From assembly GCA_947303405.1 (NCBI GenBank), contig CAMYYH010000001.1, positions 1 through 61,685 of the forward strand: a stretch of DNA of 61,685 bases. The letters run 5' to 3'. The stretch is from an uncultured Mycoplasmatota bacterium (GTDB taxonomy: Bacteria; Bacillota_I; Bacilli_A; RF39; UBA660). Shown here one piece after another: positions 53,301-61,685 of this stretch. The position numbers were made by a program, and so were the translations under genes. Position 1 is the stretch's first letter. Each line of letters opens with the position of its first letter. The notes under the pieces are model-generated. The model was not told where the DNA came from. It ran no database searches and saw only the letters and a list, made by a program, of their open reading frames with translations.

Positions 53301-55523
53301 ATATAACTGCGTATTCTTAACCCCACAATTACCATCAATAGTAATGGAACCAAATAATGACGTACCAACTTCAGAATTACTATACACGTTTTGCAACTGA
53401 TGATAATTTCCATCAAAACATCCACTAAAAAGTGGTATAGTTTTATAGCCTTTACCATCATTATATAATAAACCATTTGGGTCCTGAGTATCATATTCAA
53501 AATCTATGTCGTTCATCAATTTAAAATTATCATTAGGATAATTTCTAATCAAATCAAATTGCCTAACATTAGTAATTTGCCAAGGGCTATCTTTAGTCCC
53601 TTCACCCAGTGTCTTCATAAAGTCATAATCTATGGTCAAATTAGCAGTAGTACAATTATCCGAATCATAGCATATTTCCAAAACATAATCACCAATTGAG
53701 AAATGATTTGTATCAATTGACATAGTAGCAACGTTTCTATTTTCATAAACTTTATTATCACTAATATCGTAGTACGACTCATCTACATAACTATTATTAC
53801 TATCTTTAATTCTTATTTGTAACTCTTCCTTGGGTTCAATATTTTTTGTACGAGAATACAAATCAAATTCATAGTTATCACTATTTTGATATTTCTCTGT
53901 TTCATGATTATATACCATATCTTGAGACACTATATTTATATCATCAGTTTTATTACTCGTATATACTTTAACTCTCCCTACATAATCGCTAGCTTCAATA
54001 TACATATCACTACCAATAGTAATATTCTCATCCCCTACATCAAGAGTATATAACCCAGGATTATGCACATCTACAGTCCCAATCAAAGTTCGATCTTCAC
54101 CATTAGAGTTAGTTAAATAAAAATCATAGTTTCCCTTTAGATATATTTTAAACTTTATTTTTTCTAATTTTTCATTTGCAAATGATTCATCTCCATAAAT
54201 AGAATACAAAGAGTAATCCTCATGATTAGACGGTTTTGTATATTCATATTCATAGAAATTATCCCATCTTCTAGTATCCACACTAGTAACAATATTAATA
54301 GTTGAATTTGTAGAAGAATAAGGAACATAAGTTATTCTAGTGTAATTATCAGCTCCCCAAGAATTCTTTAAAATCCACACCCCTTTACCTTCAGCAACAA
54401 CGCCGTTTTTACAAGTGGTATGACTATCTACGTATTCTTCTACACCTCCACAAGAAACATATTCAACATCATCATTCCAACCAATCAATTGCAAAGCATG
54501 AGGAAGCACACTCCCAAAATAATTATTGGGCAAATAAACAACTGGAATGTATTCCCCATTTGGATTGTTATATTCTTCATTAACGGAATCCCCATAATAA
54601 TTATAAGTAATAAGCATTTTTGTAGTAAAGTAAGCACCACCATTTTCCATCACTAGACGTTTAACCATATTAAGATATGATGTCCTTTCCTCTTCTGAGC
54701 CATTTTCATAGTCAAAATATGGAATATCAACATATGAATCAACCTCATATAAAGAATTATTAGAATTATAAACATCTGAAGGATCTAGAGGTTGATTCTT
54801 ACTAATCTTATCTCTATGTTCATCATCCCAAGATTGTGGGACCATACCTAGACCATCAACAATTGGCCACATAGCGTCTATAAAATTTCCACTAGAAGAT
54901 AACCCATCTCGAAAAACATAAGATTCATACAACGATTTTTTCTTCAAACCATTATTGGCAGTAGCATAATCTATTTGTTTCTCAGAAAGAATTACTGCTG
55001 TCTCATCGTATGACTTATTAGCTTTTTGTAATAAGAAACTTTCTAGATGAGCGTTTGTCGCATAATCCCAACATAATCCTTCCGCGCCCTGGTTTTTAAA
55101 AGGTGTAACAAAATTTTTACCATCAACATTTCTTAAATCAAAATATCGTGGCAAATCCTCACTACCACCAGTACTTCCATCATAAACAAAATCAACCCTT
55201 GTATCATTAGGAATTACACTATAATCTTTTTTGTCTTGTAAATACTTAATAAACTCAGGATTTAAATAGTCTTTATAATCCTCTTTATTCTTTTCAGTTA
55301 ATAAGATTTTTCCTGTCTCATTATATACCTTTCTTATATAATCTTTTGCTTCAGCTGGCAAATAAGAATAAGCATCTGTTCTTAAAACCTCTTCTATATT
55401 TATTTCTTTAGCCAGCTTAGCACTATTACTCTTATTAGAATTATATACTAATCCTCCAAATAATAAACAAGGTATTAGAAATACTATTAAACCTATTATT
55501 ACCTTTTTATAATTCTTTCTCAT
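50349..55523 (-). CDS. giant cell-wall-sorted surface protein with a papain-like (C1) cysteine peptidase domain, GLUG-type region, Big_2-like domain, Listeria-Bacteroides repeats and a C-terminal NPKTA sorting signal
   Basis: 1724 aa with a signal peptide. FKNQGAEGLCWDYA (Cys codon 55071-55073), HALQLIGWND and ILKNSWG form a C1 catalytic set. PWQITNVRQFDLI... resembles GLUG-region openers. The protein ends NPKTADKLLLVVLVFFISVFVLVSLKKKKLVRFN. Confidence 0.7.
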   Translation of the reverse strand: MRKNYKKVIIGLIVFLIPCLLFGGLVYNSNKSNSAKLAKEINIEEVLRTDAYSYLPAEAKDYIRKVYNETGKILLTEKNKEDYKDYLNPEFIKYLQDKKDYSVIPNDTRVDFVYDGSTGGSEDLPRYFDLRNVDGKNFVTPFKNQGAEGLCWDYATNAHLESFLLQKANKSYDETAVILSEKQIDYATANNGLKKKSLYESYVFRDGLSSSGNFIDAMWPIVDGLGMVPQSWDDEHRDKISKNQPLDPSDVYNSNNSLYEVDSYVDIPYFDYENGSEEERTSYLNMVKRLVMENGGAYFTTKMLITYNYYGDSVNEEYNNPNGEYIPVVYLPNNYFGSVLPHALQLIGWNDDVEYVSCGGVEEYVDSHTTCKNGVVAEGKGVWILKNSWGADNYTRITYVPYSSTNSTINIVTSVDTRRWDNFYEYEYTKPSNHEDYSLYSIYGDESFANEKLEKIKFKIYLKGNYDFYLTNSNGEDRTLIGTVDVHNPGLYTLDVGDENITIGSDMYIEASDYVGRVKVYTSNKTDDINIVSQDMVYNHETEKYQNSDNYEFDLYSRTKNIEPKEELQIRIKDSNNSYVDESYYDISDNKVYENRNVATMSIDTNHFSIGDYVLEICYDSDNCTTANLTIDYDFMKTLGEGTKDSPWQITNVRQFDLIRNYPNDNFKLMNDIDFEYDTQDPNGLLYNDGKGYKTIPLFSGCFDGNYHQLQNVYSNSEVGTSLFGSITIDGNCGVKNTQLYNPSFVGGFEASGIALSILIKGPLSPGGLSNNAVIGGSIRVFGEDVEYVELMAGGVYGRVNTTFLGEQGVIISNLFNSADIQMTNSSSGKIFGLLGSVTSEQERITIKDSINIGKLKCSSCDSLALVGTSDADISSYTIDNIISLGNSSVPIVKRNQFGPHFSFNNIYSTSSKLIDDNDSWGNSSNTLLNMSVFDVANADYSNWANFSNNWNQSQEGGVNRIPILKNINYDYFRIAKEVNLNVGESLDLLTLVLNDKYNDELTFSKNCSLDIAVCESSTDETIVSLSNSTITALKDGTTTVIAKNSHDGYVGAITIVVGGEVSNKKTITFDSNNGSYETKYQEFISNEAFNLNDNPFEYAGYEFRGWNTSRDGTGTNYANSQEVTFANDVTLYAIWELGVYTVTFNPNGGTGNIEPQVFRGTEEKPLSLNTFVREDYDFNCWSTLPDGTGTRYNDGEKISISSDITLYAIYTRIRYYVVFDFGDGNTDSLKALSGDSLERPANPTREGYIFVDWYADSEFTTLYDFSKPVRGPTTIYAKWRIPVVTWEINGGKITDGFNNTEEKLVGTVLTLEDPSIYHIEAPNKNEFDAYEINGARYLINQQYTINDDVTIKCLWKKKTNIEPDEAYIVSYKKINTRNEELPYGTNVSSYINDKKALFKNSIDEFANGKENITISSYNDLFTDNKYIELDSFYLKNTINGEDEITYEYEVKYNEVIVSVELLKEDNYTLNLVEEKEIELTTKDDVVSYIANKKDKFMREVKDLDIDALFIIDIDNNVYKYAEYINTEKVDSKEENGKLINNYKHNYNLVTINLKEEYILYNNDNTIVFREKIGIVYELSIVDLLDDNKEEITNRIEAIKKEVEKKKDILLGVYRIEVKTNQEEKHNGPFRLKIKLKDNMKNYKKYYMVYLDDNGKTKEKIEFTKNGDYVEGTLEHLSEYVLIGEEDTLINPKTADKLLLVVLVFFISVFVLVSLKKKKLVRFN
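51678..52325 (-). repeat. three Listeria-Bacteroides repeats inside the 1724-aa gene
   Basis: Units containing YEFRGWNTSRDGTG...LYAIW, YDFNCWSTLPDGTG...LYAIY and GYIFVDWYADSEF...IYAKW. Boundaries are approximate. Confidence 0.6.
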
Positions 55524-55575
55524 ATATACTCTCCTCTATAATAACATTATAACAAACATTATTTTTTTAATCACT

Positions 55576-55601
55576 AAAAAACATCCATTTTTTTGGATGT
55601 T
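55576..55601 (-). terminator. rho-independent terminator of gpmI
   Basis: Minus-strand AACATCCA-aaaaaa-TGGATGTT followed by TTTT. It overlaps the gpmI stop. Confidence 0.6.
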
Positions 55602-57117
55602 ATTTTATTAAACTATTACCAGTCATTTCCCTAGGAATAGGTAATTCTAATAACTCCAACATTGTCGGAGCTATATCTGCTAACTTACCATCAGTAAGTT
55701 CAATGCCTTCCTTAGTAATAATACAATGTACTGGGTTAGTAGTATGACTAGTTACCGGTTTATGATTCTCATCCCACATTACATCACAATTACCATGATC
55801 AGCGATTATAAGAAGTATCCCCCCTAAAGAATTAACTTTATCATATATCTTAGTTAAACACTTATCCATATGTTCAACTGCTGCTTTAGCTGCTTCATAA
55901 ACACCAGTATGACCTACCATATCGCCATTCGCTAAATTCATAATAGTTACATCATAATTACCTACTTCTTTTAAAAAATTATCTGTTACTTCATAAACAC
56001 TCATTTCTGGTTTTAAATCATATGTAGCAACTTTAGGTGAAGGAATAAGTATCTTTTTCATATCGTCATATTCTACCTCTTTCCCTCCATCAAAGAAGAA
56101 AGTTACATGAGGATATTTTTCAGTCTCAGCAATTCTTAACTGACTTAATCCCTTTTCATGTAGATAGTCTACTAAAATATTCTTCAAATCCAAATCATCA
56201 AAAGCATGTGGACAAGTAACAGTTTCTGTTACTGGATACATAGTTAACACTTTTAACCCATTAAAAACTTTTACTTCTATTCCCTTTTCTCTAGCTTGTT
56301 CTTCATACGCACTAGGATTAGATAGCAAAGTAAACATTTCTCTTAATCTATCTTTACGAAAATTAAAAGCTATTATCCCATCATTATCAGCTAGCGGCAT
56401 TGAATCAATAATACCAGGAACAACAAATTCATCAAATACACCCTTGCTATAATTATCCTCTACTAATTCTTTATAATTTCTATATTTAGATCCTTTACCA
56501 TAAACAATTGCATCATAAGCCAGTTTCAATCTATCAAAATTATTATCTCTATCCATCCCATAATAACGCCCCGATATAGTATTAATTTTCCCAATACCTA
56601 AATCTCTAATCTTCTCATTTAATTGATCTAAATACTTTAAAGCACTCTTTTCATAAGTATCTCTTCCATCTAAACAAATATCGTAATAAACATTATTTAT
56701 TCTGTTCCTCTTACACATCTCTAATAAAGCCAAAACATGATTAATATGCGAATGAACTCCACCATCACTTAATAATCCAAATATATGTAGATTACTATTA
56801 TTCTTTTTAACATGTTCTAAAACACTTAAGATTTCCTTATTCTGATAAAAAGATTCATCATCTATTGCTGCCGTAATTGTTTCAAGTGGTTGCATAGCTA
56901 CTCTACCACTACCTAAGTTCATATGGCCAACTTCACTAGTACCCATTTGTCCTTCCGGTAAACCAACTGCTTTACCACTAGCTTGTAACAAGCAGTGCGG
57001 ATACTTCTTTAATAAAGCATCAAAAGTAGGTTTATCAGCATTTAAAAATGCATTCCCATCACTTTCTTTTCTATATCCACACCCATCTAAAATACACAAT
57101 ACTAAAGGTTTCTTCAT
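55600..57117 (-). CDS. gpmI: 2,3-bisphosphoglycerate-independent phosphoglycerate mutase
   Basis: 505 aa. MKKPLVLCILDGCGY, SEVGHMNLGSGR, ADHGN and the C-terminal TNPV...APTMLELL motifs. Confidence 0.95.
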   Translation of the reverse strand: MKKPLVLCILDGCGYRKESDGNAFLNADKPTFDALLKKYPHCLLQASGKAVGLPEGQMGTSEVGHMNLGSGRVAMQPLETITAAIDDESFYQNKEILSVLEHVKKNNSNLHIFGLLSDGGVHSHINHVLALLEMCKRNRINNVYYDICLDGRDTYEKSALKYLDQLNEKIRDLGIGKINTISGRYYGMDRDNNFDRLKLAYDAIVYGKGSKYRNYKELVEDNYSKGVFDEFVVPGIIDSMPLADNDGIIAFNFRKDRLREMFTLLSNPSAYEEQAREKGIEVKVFNGLKVLTMYPVTETVTCPHAFDDLDLKNILVDYLHEKGLSQLRIAETEKYPHVTFFFDGGKEVEYDDMKKILIPSPKVATYDLKPEMSVYEVTDNFLKEVGNYDVTIMNLANGDMVGHTGVYEAAKAAVEHMDKCLTKIYDKVNSLGGILLIIADHGNCDVMWDENHKPVTSHTTNPVHCIITKEGIELTDGKLADIAPTMLELLELPIPREMTGNSLIK

Positions 57118-57132
57118 ATTATTCCTTCTTTC

Positions 57133-57792
57133 TCAAATATACCTACTTGCTTCTTTAATACTTAAACTATTCATATTTAATCTATATTTATCAATAAACT
57201 CTCTTACCCATTTAGAATCAGTCTTAGAATACTCTCTTAAAGCCCATCCAATAGCCTTATTAATAAAGAAATCATCAGTACCAAAACAATTCACTATTAT
57301 TGTTTCTAATAACTTCGTATCTGTCTTATCTTTTAATAATAATTGATGTTCAATAGCCGTTCTTCTTATCCATATATTACTATCTTTAGACCATTCAATC
57401 ATTAAATCTCTTACCCTACTATCTCTTAGTCCTATATCACCTATTATTCTACATAAGAAATCTACTGTATCCCACCAAGACTTTTTTAATATATATTTCT
57501 TTATTTTGGGTATATCTTCATATATAACATATTGTTTCATAGTTAATAAATAATCAGAAACTAATGATTGAAACTCTCTATGTTCATCTTCATAACAGCT
57601 ATCTAAAAACTCCCAATTTATAACCTTATTCTTCTTTTCTCTCTTAAGAAATTCTTTATATACTTCTCTTCTTAAAGGTGTAGGTATTCCATAATATACA
57701 AATTGATTTCTCATATACTTAGCCATAGCAATAGAATTATCTTTATTCTCTAGCCTTTCAAATTCTCTTTTTATTTCTAAATACTTATCCAT
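57133..57792 (-). CDS. DNA alkylation repair protein (AlkC/AlkD-like HEAT-repeat family)
   Basis: Start moved to MDKYLEI. AMAKYMRNQFVYYGIPTPLRR and INKAIGWALREYSK match the DNA_alkylation family pattern. Confidence 0.7.
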   Translation of the reverse strand: MDKYLEIKREFERLENKDNSIAMAKYMRNQFVYYGIPTPLRREVYKEFLKREKKNKVINWEFLDSCYEDEHREFQSLVSDYLLTMKQYVIYEDIPKIKKYILKKSWWDTVDFLCRIIGDIGLRDSRVRDLMIEWSKDSNIWIRRTAIEHQLLLKDKTDTKLLETIIVNCFGTDDFFINKAIGWALREYSKTDSKWVREFIDKYRLNMNSLSIKEASRYI

Positions 57793-57794
57793 AA

Positions 57795-58595
57795 TTACAA
57801 TAATATATCTTCCCAATCCATATTGATTATATCTTTTATCTTTAAATTCTTCTTTTCCAAATACTCTTTAACTATTAAATACCCATATACATACCCCGTT
57901 CTAGGAGGTAAACCAGTCTTCTCAGTATCAGCAAACATATAAAAATAATCATACATCATTTCTCTACTATCTAAATGCCCTTTCATATGTTCCTCTACTT
58001 TATCCCTATTATTCTTTACCCATAGAAATATATCTTTATCTACTATACAATATGTATAATCTTCTCTATTGGGCGCTACTTCTTGCGAATAATTGCATCC
58101 TATTCCTTCAACAATAAATCTTTCTCCAATACAGTTTTCAAAGATATCTCTATCAAAGTATTGCTTTCTAACAAAATGTGTAAACTCATGAGCTAACAGC
58201 ATATCTAAAGATCCCATATTTCCATCAGTAGCTTCTAACAATAATACTGTTATATCTTCCCCATTATACTTAGTTGAATATATTGTAGTTGTATCTAAAC
58301 CAATAATTACATATAATTTATAATCATTAATTCTATAACCTACATCTTCTTCAAAACTCTTAATCTTATCTTCTATTACTTTCTCTATATCAATATTTTT
58401 ATAACTATTAATTGTCTTAACTACTTTATTTAAATAACTATCATCATTTATTTTGTTACTAACTAATCCTTCCTCAATCTTCTTGGGAATAAAATAGATA
58501 TCTCTTATTAATTCATCATTATAATAAAGTAATAAATCATATTTTATACTATCCATATTACTATTAAATAGTCTTTTAGCTATATTCTTTATCAT
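57795..58595 (-). CDS. putative zinc metalloprotease-like protein (HExxH; DUF2268-like)
   Basis: 266 aa containing LLAHEFTHFVR. No signal peptide. Confidence 0.45.
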   Translation of the reverse strand: MIKNIAKRLFNSNMDSIKYDLLLYYNDELIRDIYFIPKKIEEGLVSNKINDDSYLNKVVKTINSYKNIDIEKVIEDKIKSFEEDVGYRINDYKLYVIIGLDTTTIYSTKYNGEDITVLLLEATDGNMGSLDMLLAHEFTHFVRKQYFDRDIFENCIGERFIVEGIGCNYSQEVAPNREDYTYCIVDKDIFLWVKNNRDKVEEHMKGHLDSREMMYDYFYMFADTEKTGLPPRTGYVYGYLIVKEYLEKKNLKIKDIINMDWEDILL

Positions 58596-58956
58596 AAATC
58601 ACACGCTCCCTACTAATATTATACACTATAATACTAGAACAATTACTATTTTATTATTATTCCCATACTATTATAAAATAAGTAAATAAAAAAAGTGAGA
58701 TGACATAAAATGGAAATAGAAAAAATAAAAACACTTCAAAGTCTTAAGATAGAATTCCATAAAAAAGAACCTACTTTAGTTCTAAAACAAAAAAACGCTT
58801 AGAAGCAGTTTTTAATTTATCTTTAATTCTTTAAGTATATCTATATTTCCTTTATAACTTAATTGTTAATATTTTTAGTTATGTAAGTTATAGATTGTTC
58901 TCTCACTATATCTAAAAGTCTAATATATTGCCAAAACAAGACTATCCTCTACTTTT

Positions 58957-60471
58957 TTACATAATTACATTTATATTGCTAGTAGAAATACCCAAATTAT
59001 CACATACTCTAGTATTTCTATCTATTATATTATTTACTTCACAATATCTTCTCTTAAACTCGCTGGAGTCTTTTAATAGATTCCTCATATCTTGTAAGAA
59101 TACTTTATATATTACATCTTCATAGAACATATTCTCAGGGTTTTCTTCACTATATCTTTTAGCCAATCTATTAATAGTATAGTCTAAATAATCTTCTATA
59201 ATAGATTCTGGCATTCTTTCATGCGCAACATGAAAACTTCTAATAAATACTATTTCAATACTAGTATTTCTATCAGCAGAAGATATTAACATACCATAAG
59301 TACTTCTAGGTTCATCTTCTTTAGAAGAACGATGATCTTCTATAGCCACTTTTATTATAGTCCTCTCCTCATCGTTAAAAAAACTCTTCATTTTTTCATC
59401 ATTCATAAATGCTTCAGCAGCTAAAAGATGATGAATTTCATGATCAACATATTTATTAACATCATGCCAAGACGCCATTGCAAATATCATATTGTCGTCT
59501 AAATGTAATTTAAACGTATCATTTAAAGCAAAACACCTTCTTATTACTTCTAAAATATGTAATAAATTATGTCCTAAATCATTCTTATCATATCTAGGAA
59601 ATACTTTTTTAATAATATACTCTTTTAATTCTCTATTAACATTCTTTGTGTAATACTGTAATTCATTAATTCCATTCTTAGCTAATATCTCATTTTTCAA
59701 TACAGCAAATGGTTTTTTATAGTCATCTGTTACTTCTACATATACCTTATATAACACCTCATCCAAAGACATTTTTGGATTATGCCTTTTAATCTCTTCA
59801 AAAGTAAAAATTAATTTATCATTTAAACCATTAACCTCCATAAATCTTTTCTTAAACTCATCTTTATCTGCTACTAGTTTAACCATGGATTTTAAGAATT
59901 GTTTATACTCTAAGTTTTCAAAATACATCTTTTCTATTGCATACCCTTTATTTCCAAATTTACCCATTAGATGTTCTCTTGAATCTTCAATTATTCTTTC
60001 TAATGAAGCACTCTCATTATGTTCAACCCTATATGAATAAGTACTTATTAAGGCCTCTTCAACAGATGCAATTATTTCAGCAGAAGCCATAATCTTCCCA
60101 TAAACAGTTCTCGGTTCTTTCTCTATTTTAGATCTATGATCGTATACAGCATCAGCCATAGTTACTATTTGGTTCTTATCAAAGAACTTTTTCAAATTCT
60201 TATCATTCAATAATAACTCAGAAGATACCTTTTCATGATTAACCGCATCAATATAATGTCCAATATCATGATAAGCATTAATAGTATATACCATACTATA
60301 GTCCACTCCATCTACCTTATTAGCAAACTTAATACATCTTCTCTTCGTATCCATTACATGCTTAATCCCGTGACCCTTATCATTTTTAGAATACATAGGA
60401 TATATATTATTTTCTATATATTTTACCAAATCTTTATCTACATAATTTTCTATTTTCCTTATCCTTCGCAT
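58957..60471 (-). CDS. tandem HD-domain phosphohydrolase-like protein
   Basis: 504 aa made of two homologous halves. Each has H...HD motifs (GHGIKHV...YHDIGHYID and GHNLLHILEV...WHDVNKYVDHEIHH) and a conserved ...DHRS... segment. Confidence 0.55.
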   Translation of the reverse strand: MRRIRKIENYVDKDLVKYIENNIYPMYSKNDKGHGIKHVMDTKRRCIKFANKVDGVDYSMVYTINAYHDIGHYIDAVNHEKVSSELLLNDKNLKKFFDKNQIVTMADAVYDHRSKIEKEPRTVYGKIMASAEIIASVEEALISTYSYRVEHNESASLERIIEDSREHLMGKFGNKGYAIEKMYFENLEYKQFLKSMVKLVADKDEFKKRFMEVNGLNDKLIFTFEEIKRHNPKMSLDEVLYKVYVEVTDDYKKPFAVLKNEILAKNGINELQYYTKNVNRELKEYIIKKVFPRYDKNDLGHNLLHILEVIRRCFALNDTFKLHLDDNMIFAMASWHDVNKYVDHEIHHLLAAEAFMNDEKMKSFFNDEERTIIKVAIEDHRSSKEDEPRSTYGMLISSADRNTSIEIVFIRSFHVAHERMPESIIEDYLDYTINRLAKRYSEENPENMFYEDVIYKVFLQDMRNLLKDSSEFKRRYCEVNNIIDRNTRVCDNLGISTSNINVIM

Positions 60472-60548
60472 TATAATTCCTCTTTAAATATATATTTTGA
60501 ATATTATTACTCGATTATTATAATTAATCAATACTATCTATATGAATG

Positions 60549-61151
60549 TCACTTAAAAAACTTAATACTTTTTTCTATTTCATCTTTAGTATGACTTTTA
60601 ACAAATTCTTTAGTTTCATTTATTCTTGTTATTAACTCTGGATGATATTTCTCTAACAAACCAAAAGCTAACTCTACACTATTCATCTGTATAAAACTAA
60701 GCATCGCACACTCTATTAAATCACTATCATCTTTAGGATATTCACTTGGTCTATCCGGATAACGATAAATCTTTAATTGTCCATTACTTTCTAGTTCTTT
60801 AAAATAATTCCACACATTAGGAATAGTTACCTCTTCTATTACTTTTACTGGTTCTGTAGATACATATTCATTATTACTTGCGCCTATTACCTCATGTTTT
60901 TTAAAAGTAGTACTATCTAGAATATAATATCTACCTTCTCTATTATATATCTTTTCTAACCAGTGTTCTTTTCTTTCAATAAGACATCTGTCTTTAAAAA
61001 TATTCGTATAATTAAGATTTCCTCCCGGCACAGAATAAAGAATAGCTTCTACCTTATCTGTAGTAGCATATACATAAGGAACACCATGATTAACTAATCT
61101 AGGCTCCATTATCTTTAAACCGGCTTCTTTACATCCCCTATATAACTTCAT
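60549..61151 (-). CDS. hypothetical protein
   Basis: 200-aa ORF overlapping the upstream gene by 4 nt (ATGA). No motif recognised. Confidence 0.45.
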   Translation of the reverse strand: MKLYRGCKEAGLKIMEPRLVNHGVPYVYATTDKVEAILYSVPGGNLNYTNIFKDRCLIERKEHWLEKIYNREGRYYILDSTTFKKHEVIGASNNEYVSTEPVKVIEEVTIPNVWNYFKELESNGQLKIYRYPDRPSEYPKDDSDLIECAMLSFIQMNSVELAFGLLEKYHPELITRINETKEFVKSHTKDEIEKSIKFFK

Positions 61152-61486
61152 AACATCTCCTCATTTAAATACTTTTCTAACAATTTAACTGATTCTCCAA
61201 CATAATCATTGCATCTTCGCTCATGTCTCATTAATTCTAAACAAGTTAAATAACCAAACTTTTCTTTAAATATTTTTTCATATTCATCTATATGTTGATC
61301 TTTTCCTAAATCTTTTAATATTTGTTTTGTCATCAATAAAGCTCCACACTTACCATCTATACTTCTAGGCTCTGGCACCTCTCCACTTAATTTATAATCA
61401 TCTTTAAATACTGAATAGATGGCGACAGAGCAATTTTTCCCATCTTTTTTTAATTGTCTAGCTACTTCTTCCCGATTCATAACCAT
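61148..61486 (-). CDS. C_GCAxxG_C_C-like small Cys-motif protein
   Basis: 112 aa. The order NCSVAI..., DGKCGALLM, LTCLEL, RRCNDYV resembles the C-GCAxxG-C-C family. Confidence 0.4.
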   Translation of the reverse strand: MVMNREEVARQLKKDGKNCSVAIYSVFKDDYKLSGEVPEPRSIDGKCGALLMTKQILKDLGKDQHIDEYEKIFKEKFGYLTCLELMRHERRCNDYVGESVKLLEKYLNEEML

Positions 61487-61685
61487 TATCTCCTTAACAA
61501 CTCTTTTATTTTTCTAAATATACTCTTATCATTAGGATCTTTTAAAACAATATTTAGTATAATACCTACTATTGCTGATAGACTCATACCTGTTAGAGAG
61601 ATGGCCAAATTTTTTGTTTCGAGGGTTATTATTGCTCCACCAAGACCAAATATTAACATTGATGATACGATTACTATATTTCTTA
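61486..61685 (-). CDS. partial CDS (C-terminus only): nucleobase:cation symporter-2 family (uracil/xanthine permease-like)
   Basis: Open at the window edge. Minus-strand translation is ...RNIVIVSSMLIFGLGGAIITLETKNLAISLTGMSLSAIVGIILNIVLKDPNDKSIFRKIKELLRR*, typical of the last TM helices of NCS2 permeases. The stop overlaps the next ATG (TAATG). Confidence 0.5.
   Translation of the reverse strand, partial: RNIVIVSSMLIFGLGGAIITLETKNLAISLTGMSLSAIVGIILNIVLKDPNDKSIFRKIKELLRR

Noticed and set aside
1-61685. CRISPR arrays, IS elements/transposases, integrases, tRNA or rRNA genes
   Set aside because: I saw no regularly spaced direct repeats, no DDE/serine/tyrosine recombinase-like ORF, and no tRNA-like GGTTCGAATCC-type arms in the intergenic gaps I read. 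This is a by-eye scan, so short elements could have been missed.
1-61685. Alternative genetic code (UGA=Trp, as in Mollicutes), suggested by the very low GC
   Set aside because: Long housekeeping ORFs are intact under the standard code. Trp is encoded by TGG at conserved positions (for example GWDTHGLP in IleS). No gene needs read-through of TGA to reach its expected length.

Overview
Very AT-rich, tightly packed chromosomal segment from a low-GC Gram-positive bacterium (Bacillota; the Erysipelotrichia/Clostridia-like lineage guess is inference only). About 50 genes lie on the minus strand and only two on the plus strand (an ABC exporter and mgtE). All product calls come from motif recognition by eye; no database search was possible.

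Housekeeping backbone: ileS and serS (each behind a T-box leader), eno, gpmI, miaB, xth, an RlmD-type methyltransferase, an M16 peptidase pair, a nucleoside-salvage pair, mscS and mgtE.

Accessory, cell-envelope content sits between these:
1. 15.2-20.0 kb: an operon with two SipW-type (archaeal-type) signal peptidases, three small TasA/BsaA-like proteins and a duplicated beta-helix adhesin. This is a candidate SipW-dependent surface-fibre system. One SipW paralog appears to have lost its catalytic His but carries a C-terminal tail.
2. 23.9-30.1 kb: a self-contained operon with a WXG100-like protein, a 66-aa helical protein, a 939-aa coiled-coil protein and a signal-peptide-less LXG/WXG-like glucosaminidase, plus AIM24 and a secreted protein. 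It resembles an orphan type VII secretion effector module, with no secretion machinery in the window.
3. 41.7-55.5 kb: three giant surface proteins built from Listeria-Bacteroides repeats. Two have a sortase-like NPxT(G/S) signal and a TM hairpin in the middle of the protein. One ends in a CX5R phosphatase domain. One carries a papain-like C1 peptidase and is flanked by a duplicated gpmI 3' end plus terminator.

IleS carries the non-canonical GXHH signature in place of HIGH. No tRNA, rRNA, CRISPR array, transposase or integrase was recognised.
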